Made by a program: the position numbers and the translations under genes
The notes under the pieces: generated by a model
The model's input: only the letters and a program-made list of their open reading frames with translations
What the model was told of the DNA's origin: nothing
Database searches by the model: none
Shown here: in pieces, positions 42,333 to 51,866 of the stretch
Numbering within the stretch: the stretch's first letter is position 1
Layout: each line of letters begins with the position of its first letter
NCBI GenBank assembly: GCA_002683335.1
Contig: NYTE01000024.1
Span: 3,611 to 67,610 of the forward strand
From: Halieaceae bacterium
Lineage (GTDB): Bacteria; Pseudomonadota; Gammaproteobacteria; Pseudomonadales; Halieaceae
Direction: 5' to 3'
DNA: 64,000 bases

Positions 42333-43040
42333 CTACGGCTTATTGGGTAGTTGAGCTAAAAAGAGCTGATCTTTTTCAGAATTGGAGGCTCTCAGCGCCC
42401 GAACACCGCCCACTGCAAAGCGCGACACAGCACCTAGGAGCGCTCTGAGTTCGTCTGCGCAGTTCACGTCAAAGGGGGCGTAGGCGCCCTGGCTGATATG
42501 AGCCAGTTGCCGAAAGACCGTTTTGGCTGCGGGATCCTGGCCCTCGTGAAAAACAAAGATCGGTATTGTCCTGATAGCGCATTGACCCGCGAGCTCATAG
42601 AGCGCTTCGGGCCCCTCCTCACAGGCATCCCCAACAAAAACTAGTGCACGAACAGGATGGCTAGTCGTCCCCGATTGCAGCGCATGCTTCAGCACGCGAT
42701 GTATCTGCGTCGTGCCGGCTAGGCAAGTGACATTGCTCAGTTGATCGAGTAACGCGGCAGGCTGAGTCAACCAATCGCTGTGCTGGAAGTGCCCCTGACC
42801 CTGATAGTGGCAAAGCTGAACCGCAAGCGGTGTCGGCGCCGAGGCGGCATTGAAGAGTTCACCATGTAGCGCTCGGGCATGTTCCCAGGTGGGCTCTCTA
42901 CTGGCGGTTGCATCCAGTGCAAAGATGAGTCTAGCTTGTCGGGATGTTACCGCCTGAATAGCTTTCGCCTTGCCTAAAAACGTGGCGACAGCGCCTGATC
43001 GGGGATGATCAAGATCGGTTGTAATGTGACAAACGCTCAA
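42333..43040 (-). CDS. Stand-alone VWA-domain protein
   Basis: LIFALDATASR (MIDAS-like DxTxS), GTTQI, ALVFVGDACEE. Confidence 0.82.
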   Translation of the reverse strand: MSVCHITTDLDHPRSGAVATFLGKAKAIQAVTSRQARLIFALDATASREPTWEHARALHGELFNAASAPTPLAVQLCHYQGQGHFQHSDWLTQPAALLDQLSNVTCLAGTTQIHRVLKHALQSGTTSHPVRALVFVGDACEEGPEALYELAGQCAIRTIPIFVFHEGQDPAAKTVFRQLAHISQGAYAPFDVNCADELRALLGAVSRFAVGGVRALRASNSEKDQLFLAQLPNKP

Positions 43041-43264
43041 TAAGCGCGGGGAGCGAGGAGCCCGCGATCACGCAATTCTCTTAAGTAGTGGCGTCGCTGG
43101 GTTAATTCCGTCACGACTGCCATCAGCATTTCGGTGTCAATCTCGAGCCGTTCCCTGTGCTGGTTCTGGTCAACCAAGTCCATGAGCTTGCGACTGGAGA
43201 ATTCTTCAGCATTGAAAGGAGCATTATCTTTGCCGGTTCTTGAGTTGTGTTGTGTGTTTTGCAT
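43037..43264 (-). CDS. Hypothetical small protein (75 aa)
   Basis: SD GGGGAG 8 nt before ATG 43264; stop overlaps the VWA gene start. Confidence 0.7.
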   Translation of the reverse strand: MQNTQHNSRTGKDNAPFNAEEFSSRKLMDLVDQNQHRERLEIDTEMLMAVVTELTQRRHYLRELRDRGLLAPRAY

Positions 43265-43272
43265 AGTTCTTT

Positions 43273-43345
43273 CTCCCCGCCACCCGCTGTTAGCGGGATT
43301 TCCAGTGGGGCGGCTACGAATCACGCAGCCTCATTCCCCCGGCGG
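43273..43345 (-). ncRNA. Candidate structured cis-regulatory leader RNA (three-way junction)
   Basis: P1 CCGCCG/UGGCGG; P2 GGGG/CCCC extended by GGCUGCG/CGUAGCC; P3 CCCGCU/AGCGGG; P1 3' strand overlaps the SD. Confidence 0.4.
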
Positions 43346-43438
43346 TTTCTGTTGTCAGTTTTTGAAGTAGCCGAGTAGTATGCCAAAAATGAGCAGATAA
43401 GCCCAGTGCGCTTGACCGGGCACTAAAATGACAAAGAG

Positions 43439-44098
43439 ATGGGGTGGATAAAAATGATCTTCAAGACTGAGCTCCCGGATGCGGATAGTGCCTTACCGGG
43501 CAGGGATTCGCCGATGCCAATCACAGACCGGCATGCTGTGCTGGGTGGTACGTTATTGCCTCCCTATCCCGAGAACATGCAAAGTGCGATGTTCGGTATG
43601 GGTTGCTTTTGGGGCGTAGAGCGCCTGTTTTGGCGCATCAACGGTGTCTACAGCACGGCCGTAGGTTACGCTGCTGGGTCGACGCCTCATCCCACCTATC
43701 ACGAAGTCTGTACCGGCCAAACGGGCCATAACGAGGTCGTGTACGTGGTGTTCGATCCGTCTCAACTCCACTATCACCAGCTTCTCTCCCTTTTTTGGGA
43801 AAACCACGATCCCACGCAGGGGATGCGGCAGGGCAATGATCGCGGCACTCAGTATCGATCAGGTATATATGTATTCGATGCAGGCCAGAGGACCGCGGCG
43901 CATGAGAGCCTGGCTCAATTTCAGCCAAGCCTGACTAAGGCGGGTTTTGGGGCTATCACTACCGAAATAGTGGATGCCCCCGAATTCTATTTTGCTGAGG
44001 ATTATCATCAGCAGTATCTGCACAAGAATCCGGCGGGCTATTGCGGGATGGGTGGCACGGGAGTTGCTTGCCCACTCGGTATCGGAGTGCCGTCTTAG
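43439..44098 (+). CDS. msrA: Peptide-methionine (S)-S-oxide reductase
   Basis: [37 protein letters not shown]. Confidence 0.98.
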   Translation: MGWIKMIFKTELPDADSALPGRDSPMPITDRHAVLGGTLLPPYPENMQSAMFGMGCFWGVERLFWRINGVYSTAVGYAAGSTPHPTYHEVCTGQTGHNEVVYVVFDPSQLHYHQLLSLFWENHDPTQGMRQGNDRGTQYRSGIYVFDAGQRTAAHESLAQFQPSLTKAGFGAITTEIVDAPEFYFAEDYHQQYLHKNPAGYCGMGGTGVACPLGIGVPS

Positions 44099-44111
44099 CT
44101 GACGCGGAGTG

Positions 44112-44819
44112 TTAGCCTAGCGCCTGACTCAGCGCTGCAGCCAGCGCGGTGTCTACGCTCAGGGTGCGAGAACCCAAATGACCGCCTGTAAAACCGATTG
44201 ACTCGGCCAGCTCAAGCTCGAAAGGTACAAATCCTCCTTCGGGCCCTAGCATTACCAGCGCCTTCCCTTTTGCTCGCGAAAGCGGCTCTGCGGCAGTTTG
44301 ATGGGCTATCCAACCGTGTCGGTCTTTTAGCAAAGCAGGTGCCGTGTCCTCGATGAAGGGTTTGAAAAAGCGGTGCATATGCACCTGTGGTGGGACTGTA
44401 TCGCCCGATCGCTCGAGCCCGGCCTGTAAGGCTTCAGCAAGACGTCCCGGCTGTAACAGCGGGCTTTGCCAGAAGCTTTTTTCCACTCGAGCGCCGTGAA
44501 TCAAGTGAAGGTGTTCAACACCCATTTCCGCAGTAGTGCGTAATACCCGGCGCAACATCTTTGGTCGTGGCAGCGCCAGCGCAATATCGAAAGCATGTCT
44601 GGGTGGTGGAGGCTGTGGTAGCGATATAGTCAGCTGGCTTTCGTCGTGTGTAAGCTTCGTCACAACGCCTGTTCCGCGCGCTCCACCTAGCTTTCCCACC
44701 TTCAATGACGAACCAATCTGAGGTTTCAGCACGTCGCGAATATGGACGTGGCGTCTGTCCCGAAGTTCAACTGTTGAGGAGTCGAGCCAGTCTTCGGGTC
44801 GAAGCAAAATAATATTCAC
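44112..44819 (-). CDS. rsmE: 16S rRNA m3U1498 methyltransferase family
   Basis: LALPRPKML, LGPEGGF, LGSRTLSVDTA SPOUT motifs. Confidence 0.88.
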   Translation of the reverse strand: MNIILLRPEDWLDSSTVELRDRRHVHIRDVLKPQIGSSLKVGKLGGARGTGVVTKLTHDESQLTISLPQPPPPRHAFDIALALPRPKMLRRVLRTTAEMGVEHLHLIHGARVEKSFWQSPLLQPGRLAEALQAGLERSGDTVPPQVHMHRFFKPFIEDTAPALLKDRHGWIAHQTAAEPLSRAKGKALVMLGPEGGFVPFELELAESIGFTGGHLGSRTLSVDTALAAALSQALG

Positions 44820-44837
44820 CGGTTGCCACTCGCCGTT

Positions 44838-46178
44838 TTAAACCCAAAGATCATAGTCGTCTGCTGCCGATATTTCTGCCTCTACCCAATCACCGGCTTG
44901 CAGATCCGCGTAGCCGGGTAGATGAACGACGCCATCAATTTCCGGCGCATCCGCTGGAGTACGTCCGATGGCGCCACCGTCGTCGACGCTGTCAATCAGT
45001 ATTGACTGTAAGGAGCCGACTTTGTGACGTAGCTTATTCGCACTGATGGCTTGCTGTCGCGTCATGAATCGCTCCCAGCGTTCTTTTTTAAGCGCATCTG
45101 GAACTGGGTCGGGCAATGTATTGGCGGCAGCACCTTTAACCGGTGAATATTCAAAGCAGCCAACTCGATCCAATTGCGCTTCCTCGATAAAGTCGAGCAG
45201 CGTTTCGAACTCCGCTTCGGTCTCACCGGGATAACCCACGATGAAGGTCGAGCGGATCGTCAACTCTGGGCAGATATTGCGCCACTGAGCAATGCGGTCC
45301 AGAGTTTTTTCTGCGGCGGCCGGCCGCTTCATTCGCTCGAGCACACTGGGCGCCCCGTGTTGAAGCGGCATATCAATATAGGGGAGCAGCTTGCCGTCAG
45401 CCATCAAAGGGATAAGTTGATCAACATGGGGATAAGGGTAGACGTAGTGAAACCGAATCCAGATGCCTAACTCGGCGAGTGCAGTTGCCAGTCCGGCAAG
45501 ATTGCTTTTCATGGGACGACCTTGCCAGAAATCGGTCTGGTATTTGATATCGACGCCATACGCGCTGGTGTCCTGAGAGACGATGAGTAGTTCTCGGACC
45601 CCTGAGCGCACCAATCCCTCTGCTTCATTCATTACCGACCCTATGGGTCTGCTAACGAGGTCCCCTCTGATGCTGGGTATAATGCAGAAGCGACAACGGT
45701 GGTTGCAGCCTTCACTGATTTTTAGATATGCGTAGTGTCTGGGAGTCAGTTTCACGCCCTGGGCAGGTATCAAATCAATTCGCGGGTCAGGGCGATGATG
45801 CCTGGGCAACACCTCGCGCACAGTCGAGAGCACTTCCTCGTAGGCTGCAGGGCCACTGATGCCCAATACCTTGGGGTGGCGGGCGCGAATGTGGCCGGCG
45901 TCATCGCCGCGTCCCATGCACCCGGTGACCAGAACACGCCCGTTTTCGCGGACCGCCTCTCCAATCGCCTCAAGACTCTCCTCCTTGGCTGCGTCAATGA
46001 AACCACAGGTATTGACGATGACCACGCCGGCATCTTCGTAATGCGGCGTAATTTCGTAACCCTCAATCTTGAGTTGCGTCAGGATACGTTCTGAGTCCAC
46101 CAGAGCCTTGGGACAACCCAGAGAAATGAATCCCACCCTGTCGTTGTCGACAGTGGTGGTGCTGAATGGTTTTGTCAT
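44838..46178 (-). CDS. rimO: Ribosomal protein S12 methylthiotransferase
   Basis: [26 protein letters not shown] radical SAM motif, TRAM domain; start MTKPF (46178). Confidence 0.97.
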   Translation of the reverse strand: MTKPFSTTTVDNDRVGFISLGCPKALVDSERILTQLKIEGYEITPHYEDAGVVIVNTCGFIDAAKEESLEAIGEAVRENGRVLVTGCMGRGDDAGHIRARHPKVLGISGPAAYEEVLSTVREVLPRHHRPDPRIDLIPAQGVKLTPRHYAYLKISEGCNHRCRFCIIPSIRGDLVSRPIGSVMNEAEGLVRSGVRELLIVSQDTSAYGVDIKYQTDFWQGRPMKSNLAGLATALAELGIWIRFHYVYPYPHVDQLIPLMADGKLLPYIDMPLQHGAPSVLERMKRPAAAEKTLDRIAQWRNICPELTIRSTFIVGYPGETEAEFETLLDFIEEAQLDRVGCFEYSPVKGAAANTLPDPVPDALKKERWERFMTRQQAISANKLRHKVGSLQSILIDSVDDGGAIGRTPADAPEIDGVVHLPGYADLQAGDWVEAEISAADDYDLWV

Positions 46179-46179
46179 A

Positions 46180-46683
46180 TCACGCTCTGAAAGTATCGTT
46201 ACCGCTGTGGGTGCGGACGCTGAGTTGTTGTTTGAGTACGTTAAGTAATTCCAGGGTCTCATCGCGGTTGAGGAAGTCACCGACTCGGGTTTCCGTCTGC
46301 TGATCGTGCACAGACAGCTCCGGTCCCTGCCAAGGATGTGTTTCTGTGGAGATCCTGAGCGCTGTCGCTTCACGTAAAAAATGCCAACTGCGCTTGGGAA
46401 TAAAATACCCCTTTTCGATCACCACGCTCTCATCTGTGAAGCGGATCACATGCCGGTATTCCAGTTTCCAATTCACCCAATATAAAGCGCCGCCCAGCGC
46501 CACTAGTTCGATGCTCGCAAACGGCAGAATGGGCCAGGCCCCCAAAAGTGCAAAGGCGACGCCTGCACCCAGTGATGGCACGGCGAGCGCTGCCAATAAC
46601 CACAGATTCTGTCGCCAGCTCGCAGAATGATTGGGTTTGATCAAAATAACCGTTTCCGGACCGGCACGATTAACGGAAACCAC
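46180..46683 (-). CDS. DUF2244-like membrane protein
   Basis: [26 protein letters not shown] pattern; SD GGAGG. Confidence 0.75.
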   Translation of the reverse strand: MVSVNRAGPETVILIKPNHSASWRQNLWLLAALAVPSLGAGVAFALLGAWPILPFASIELVALGGALYWVNWKLEYRHVIRFTDESVVIEKGYFIPKRSWHFLREATALRISTETHPWQGPELSVHDQQTETRVGDFLNRDETLELLNVLKQQLSVRTHSGNDTFRA

Positions 46684-46748
46684 ATTGGCCTCCGTTTAAT
46701 GCGGTATGACACGCTGCAAGACGAAGCGTGGCGATCGGCGAGAGTGTC

Positions 46749-47462
46749 CTAGCCATAATCAGTCATGCACTTCGGTGGCGAGAACGCAGTGATGATGGCG
46801 CCTGATGTGGGATGTGCGAAGCGGATTCGGGAAGCGTGCAGCAGAAGTCTGGGCGCTCTTGCAAGCACGGCTTCGGGGGCGTAAAAATCGCAGCCCAGAA
46901 TGGCATGTCCAATGGCACTCAGATGAATTCGAAGCTGATGTGAGCGCCCTGTTTCGGGCGAGAGCTCAAGTAAAGACGTATTGTTCTCCCTAGATAATAC
47001 GCGCCAGTGCGTAATGGAGGGCTTGCCTGCCTCAAAGCAGACTTTTTGACGCGGTCGGTTCGGCCAATCCCGCGTCAGCGGTAGATCAATTGTTCCCGTG
47101 TCGTTGCGTATACAGCCCATCACGCGTGCAATATAGGTTTTTTCAACAATACGGTCTTGAAATGCTTTGGCCAGTCGCGAGAGTGATTCGCGGTGTCTTG
47201 GAATAATCATCACCCCAGAAGTGTCCAAATCAAGCCTGTGTACCGCAACTACGCCCGGATACTGCGCATCGAGTCGCTCTATCAAGCAGTCCCTGTTTAA
47301 CGGATGTCGTCCGGGCACACTGAGTAGCAGAGTAGGTTTGTCCACAATAAGCAGATCGGCGTCACGATAGAGAATGCGGATAGCTTCCTGAGAATGTGGC
47401 ACCAGATAGGGAGGGGGGTCCAATGCTTGTTCTGGATGGCTCAAGTTGTCGGTCTCAGTCAA
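46749..47462 (-). CDS. rluA: RluA-family pseudouridine synthase
   Basis: VDKPTLLLSVPG, HRLDLDTSG, TGRSHQLRIH; start uncertain (TTG 47462). Confidence 0.88.
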   Translation of the reverse strand: MTETDNLSHPEQALDPPPYLVPHSQEAIRILYRDADLLIVDKPTLLLSVPGRHPLNRDCLIERLDAQYPGVVAVHRLDLDTSGVMIIPRHRESLSRLAKAFQDRIVEKTYIARVMGCIRNDTGTIDLPLTRDWPNRPRQKVCFEAGKPSITHWRVLSRENNTSLLELSPETGRSHQLRIHLSAIGHAILGCDFYAPEAVLARAPRLLLHASRIRFAHPTSGAIITAFSPPKCMTDYG

Positions 47463-48222
47463 CCTGTGAGACCGCCAAGGCCTCCAGGTAACGATGAACG
47501 GCGTTTTCAACGCCATATCGCAGAGCGTCTATCGTGAAAGCGTGACCGATCGAGACCTCTAGTAACCCCCGGATACGAAAGTTTGGCAAATTATCAAGAT
47601 TGAGGTCGTGTCCGGCGTTGATGCCCAGCCCCGTTGCGGTCGCCGCGGTTGCCGCAACCTGAAATCGAGATAATTCAGTATCTGCCCCGCCTTTGTCGTG
47701 TGCCTTGGCATAGGACTCGGTGTAAAGCTCTATGCGATCTGCGCCCAGTGCACCGACGAGTTCAATCTGGTCGGGATCGGGATCCATGAAGAGACTGACA
47801 CGACAGCCCCACGATTTCAGTTGCTCAATGACCGGTTGTAAGGATTCACCATCACGACAAATGTCGAACCCGTGATCAGATGTGAGCTGGTTGTCGTTGT
47901 CTGGCACCAAAGTGACCTGATCTGGTCGAACCTTCTCGACAAGAGCTAAAAACCCGGGGTAGTCCCCCACCCCCGCTCGGTCTGATCGTCTTGAGGCCGC
48001 AAACGGGTTTCCCTCAAGATTGAGTTCGGTTGTGCGTGTTTCACCGAGGTGAATGCAGTCAGAGGCTCTGATATGGCGCTGATCAGGGCGTGGATGAACC
48101 GTAATGCCGTGCGCGCCAGCCGCGATGACTAATCGCGCAAACTCTGCCGGTTCGGGGTGGGCAGTGTCTCTGGCATTTCGAATCAAGGCGATCTTGTTAA
48201 GGTTAATGCTGAGGTGCGTCAC
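47455..48222 (-). CDS. pdxJ: Pyridoxine 5'-phosphate synthase
   Basis: GITVHPRPDQRHI, QVTLVPD, TSDHG, NAGHDL, EVSIGHA. Confidence 0.95.
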   Translation of the reverse strand: MTHLSINLNKIALIRNARDTAHPEPAEFARLVIAAGAHGITVHPRPDQRHIRASDCIHLGETRTTELNLEGNPFAASRRSDRAGVGDYPGFLALVEKVRPDQVTLVPDNDNQLTSDHGFDICRDGESLQPVIEQLKSWGCRVSLFMDPDPDQIELVGALGADRIELYTESYAKAHDKGGADTELSRFQVAATAATATGLGINAGHDLNLDNLPNFRIRGLLEVSIGHAFTIDALRYGVENAVHRYLEALAVSQVD

Positions 48223-48842
48223 GGTGCCATTCTGCTCACGGAAAGCAACACAATCGGCGTCACTGGGACGTCTTGAAACACAGCCGGACCACGACTTGTC
48301 TCCACTGATGTGGCACCCGTCTCAGTCAGTGCAATGATATCGACCACTTGCATGCCCTCTACCACTTCACCAAATACCGCATAACCTTCATTTCCTGGTG
48401 TCCAATCCAGCCGGAGGTTGCTCCGCTGATTGATAAAAAATTGCGCCGTGGCTGAGTCGGGATCACTGGTCCGCGCCATTGCCAGTGTGCCTCGAGTGTT
48501 GTGAAGTTTGTTACTCGACTCGTTAATAATTGGGTCGCGGGTCGGCTTTTCTTTCATCTCGGTGGAAAATCCGCCTCCCTGAATCATGAAGTTACTGATC
48601 ACGCGATGGAAGACAGTATTGTTGTAGTACCCGGCGTCCACATATTGTAGAAAGTTCTCCACGGTCACCGGGGATTTTTCCGCGTAAAGTTCAATGACAA
48701 TATCCCCGTCGGTGGTTTTTATAATGACTCTTGGGTTGTCTACGCTGTCCTCAGCCGCTGTGACCGCCATGGATATCGCGAATAAGTAGCTCGCCAATCC
48801 GATCAATGCGCACGTTTTTTTAAAATAAAACTCGATATTCAT
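48219..48842 (-). CDS. ppiA: Periplasmic cyclophilin-type peptidyl-prolyl isomerase
   Basis: FHRVISNFMIQGGG, GTLAMART, SATAQFFIN; signal peptide. Confidence 0.88.
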   Translation of the reverse strand: MNIEFYFKKTCALIGLASYLFAISMAVTAAEDSVDNPRVIIKTTDGDIVIELYAEKSPVTVENFLQYVDAGYYNNTVFHRVISNFMIQGGGFSTEMKEKPTRDPIINESSNKLHNTRGTLAMARTSDPDSATAQFFINQRSNLRLDWTPGNEGYAVFGEVVEGMQVVDIIALTETGATSVETSRGPAVFQDVPVTPIVLLSVSRMAP

Positions 48843-48867
48843 TGTTGCTTCCCTGTCAATGTTCTCG

Positions 48868-49566
48868 TTAGTTCCAACCATCGCTTTGTTTTTTTGATGG
48901 CCACAATCGCGGCGTAATCACGGCCAAAATGACACCCAGTAGCACTGCTAAAGCGCCGTCGAGGATCTGATTATTAGCAATTCGCTCACGTAAGCGCACG
49001 TTCTCCAGGCGGAGCAAGTCAGCCCCCGAGCGCTCCGACTCCAGCTCGGCCACAAGTTGCTGATTCATCAAATCGAGCTCTAGGGCGGCAGACGACACAC
49101 GCCTGACCTCTGCTAGCTCATTGCGTGCACTCTCGACTTGAGCGGTAAGTTCATCAATCGCGTCGTCAGCCAGATTAGCGTCTGAGGATCGTTCACTAAG
49201 CTGGGCGACCAAACGATTATTTTCCGCTTGCATCTTCGCAAGCTCAACGCGCATTTCTCCGATCATTAATGAAGCGGGGGGGTCTGTTTGCAGGTACTGA
49301 GCTCGCACCCATCCGCGAATGCCGTTATGCGTTTCGATTTCTATCCATTCGTTGTTTTCACTGAACGCATAGCTTAGTACCGCTGTGCCTGTAGACAGCC
49401 CACGGTGAACAATCTCAGAATCAGTCTGCGCTTCGGCGCGAACTGCTACCAAAAGGGTGTCACTGATGTATCGAGTCTCCTGAGCGTAACTCAAGAGTGA
49501 AGGCAGCAGAAACGCCACAACAGCAGAAATAGCAGTAACACGGTTCGCAAGTAGCGACTTTTTCAT
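48868..49566 (-). CDS. SH3-domain coiled-coil membrane protein (YgiM/TIGR04211-like)
   Basis: Signal peptide, ETRYISD SH3b-like start, GWV, coiled coil, C-terminal TM ending GWN. Confidence 0.82.
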   Translation of the reverse strand: MKKSLLANRVTAISAVVAFLLPSLLSYAQETRYISDTLLVAVRAEAQTDSEIVHRGLSTGTAVLSYAFSENNEWIEIETHNGIRGWVRAQYLQTDPPASLMIGEMRVELAKMQAENNRLVAQLSERSSDANLADDAIDELTAQVESARNELAEVRRVSSAALELDLMNQQLVAELESERSGADLLRLENVRLRERIANNQILDGALAVLLGVILAVITPRLWPSKKQSDGWN

Positions 49567-50180
49567 GATGAACCTCGCATGGAACCTGCGTCGTCGCCGT
49601 CGCCGGCATCTTGGTCCTTCAGGTATGGGAGAACCAGAACCATAGTGAGTAGCATAAGCAAGAGCGTAAACCCCACACTTGAATACAGCTTATAAGACAC
49701 CCAAAAAGCCTCCTCAAAACGGTAGGCCACGACAATGTTCAGTGTGCCCACTAGCGTGAAATTGGTGATCCACAGTGCGTTCAGGTATCCCCAGATTCTC
49801 TCTGGCAGTGTCAATTGCTGTCCCATAAGGCGTTGCAGAAGGTTTTTCTCTCCAAAAAACTGTGAGGCCAGAAAAACCAGTGCCAATCCCCAGTTAAACA
49901 CAGTGGGTTTCCACTGAATAAACCTTTGATCGCGCAGAATCAGCGTGGCGGAGCCAAAGACAACAACAGCGAGTGTCATCCACATCAGGCGTTTGTCGTT
50001 GGCTTTGCTGATCATTGAGCTGACCAGCCATACCAATACGCTACTGACTATCAGTACAGCAGTGGCACTGAAGATCCCGTCAAAGGTGTGAGACCAGCTG
50101 CCTATGTTCAGGGTCTCGCCACTGAGTTGGTAGGCGCTAAAAAACAGAACCAGCGGGAGAAATTCGAGGAGTTGTTTCAT
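49563..50180 (-). CDS. yciB: Inner-membrane protein YciB (IspZ)
   Basis: MKQLLEFLPL, FIQWKPT, WVSYKL. Confidence 0.93.
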   Translation of the reverse strand: MKQLLEFLPLVLFFSAYQLSGETLNIGSWSHTFDGIFSATAVLIVSSVLVWLVSSMISKANDKRLMWMTLAVVVFGSATLILRDQRFIQWKPTVFNWGLALVFLASQFFGEKNLLQRLMGQQLTLPERIWGYLNALWITNFTLVGTLNIVVAYRFEEAFWVSYKLYSSVGFTLLLMLLTMVLVLPYLKDQDAGDGDDAGSMRGSS

Positions 50181-50299
50181 GTATGTTCCTGTTTGCTAAC
50201 GTGAGCGCTCGCTATCTATCGGCCTATGTTAGACAATTCAGCCCAACCCGTTTGCGCGACCGGTTGCTAATATGCGACCAGCGCAGTGTAGAGACAGCC

Positions 50300-51118
50300 T
50301 TGATCGACTTCCACACACACAGCACTGCCTCAGACGGCGCATTGACACCTTCCGAGTTAGTTAATCGAGCAGCTGCGGCGGGCATCAACACGGTTGCTTT
50401 GACAGACCACGACACCATCGCTGGGTTCGTAAGCGTGGCCCATAGTGTGCCATCGGGCATGCGGCTTGTCAGTGGTGTCGAGCTGTCGTGTCAGTGGGGC
50501 AGGGTAGGTATCCATGTAGTGGGGCTGGGCTTTGATCCGACTTCGCCAGTGCTGCTTGATCATCTCGATGGTTTGGATTCTGCGCGCCTCAGACGTGCAG
50601 AGATGATTGCTCAGCGACTGTCTAAAAAAGGCATTCAAGAGGCCCTTGAAGGTGCGATGACTGTCGCTGCGGGAGCGCAAATTGGCAGACCACATTTTGC
50701 CCGATGGATGGTGAAGAAGGGTTACGTACAGAACGAGAATGACGCTTTTAAACGATTTCTGGGGAACGGTAAAGTGGGGGATATCTCAACATTATGGCCG
50801 GATCTTGGGCGAACCGTTGAGACCATCAAGTCAGCGGGCGGACTCGCCGTGCTAGCGCACCCCCTGAAGTATCGTCTGACTGCAACGCGCCTCAACGCGC
50901 TCTGTGCGGCTTTTGCAGCGGTAGGTGGCTCGGCGATCGAGGTCATTAATGGCCGACCCGCAACCGGCGACATAAAACGATTGGTGGGTATGGCTGTCGA
51001 GCGTGACCTGCTGATCTCGGTGGGATCGGATTTTCACCGCGATGCTGAATATGGCGCTGGATTGGGCATTGATACGGAACGATTTCTTCCTGGCTTGGGA
51101 GTGTGGGAGAGGTTATGA
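50300..51118 (+). CDS. PHP-domain phosphoesterase (YciV/RNase AM-like)
   Basis: DFHTHSTASDG, ALTDHD, GVELS, GRPHFA, LAHP, GSDFH; start probably TTG 50300. Confidence 0.92.
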   Translation: MIDFHTHSTASDGALTPSELVNRAAAAGINTVALTDHDTIAGFVSVAHSVPSGMRLVSGVELSCQWGRVGIHVVGLGFDPTSPVLLDHLDGLDSARLRRAEMIAQRLSKKGIQEALEGAMTVAAGAQIGRPHFARWMVKKGYVQNENDAFKRFLGNGKVGDISTLWPDLGRTVETIKSAGGLAVLAHPLKYRLTATRLNALCAAFAAVGGSAIEVINGRPATGDIKRLVGMAVERDLLISVGSDFHRDAEYGAGLGIDTERFLPGLGVWERL

Positions 51119-51227
51119 CGTATAAGGGCCGCTTATCTATCGCGCTCTGTAAACAGCGATGCGCTGAACGTAACCGTTGTTTTGATGAAGCTAATGTAGC
51201 GAGGGCGGAAAGCCAGGGCGCAATACG

Positions 51228-51854
51228 ATGAGTCAGTTTTTTTCGATGCATCCCGAGACACCTCAGGTCAGACTGATTCAGCAAGCCACAAATATCATCC
51301 GGCAGGGTGGGGTTGTGGTCTACCCGACCGACTCGGCTTATGCACTGGGCTGCCAGCTGGGAGACAAAAAAGCGGCTGACCGTATCCGAAGAATCCGGGC
51401 TTTGCGGGATGATCACAATTTCACCCTCATGTGTCGCGATTTATCTGAGTTGGGCACTTATGCCCGGGTCGACAACGCCGTGTATCGACTCATTCGCTCT
51501 GCAACGCCGGGGCCATATACCTTTATCCTGGAGGCCACGCGAGAGGTTCCGAAACGCTTGGTTCAGCCGAAGCGGAAAACGATTGGTCTGCGTGTGCCTG
51601 CTCACCCTATACCCAGAGCGCTACTGGATCTGCTCGATGAACCCCTTATGAGTGTCACCTTGCAGATGCCAGGTGATGAGTTCCCATTGACTGATCCTTA
51701 CGACATTCGTGATCACTTGGAGCATGAGGTGGATCTTGTCATCGACGGTGGCTTTTGTGGGCTCGAGGCGACTTCAGTGGTGGACCTGACCGGACCGGAG
51801 CCCCATATTTTGCGACGCGGACTGGGTGATGTGAGCGACTTTGAGGCGGCCTGA
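51228..51854 (+). CDS. yciO: YciO (Sua5/YrdC family)
   Basis: MSQFFSMHPETPQ, YPTDSAYALGC, TPGPYTFIL. Confidence 0.93.
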   Translation: MSQFFSMHPETPQVRLIQQATNIIRQGGVVVYPTDSAYALGCQLGDKKAADRIRRIRALRDDHNFTLMCRDLSELGTYARVDNAVYRLIRSATPGPYTFILEATREVPKRLVQPKRKTIGLRVPAHPIPRALLDLLDEPLMSVTLQMPGDEFPLTDPYDIRDHLEHEVDLVIDGGFCGLEATSVVDLTGPEPHILRRGLGDVSDFEAA

Positions 51855-51866
51855 GGGTATACTTGA

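Noticed and set aside
43298-43335. Hammerhead-like words (AUGA...GAAA) in the structured leader
   Set aside because: Lacks the CUGAnGA core, and GAAA is not adjacent to stem II
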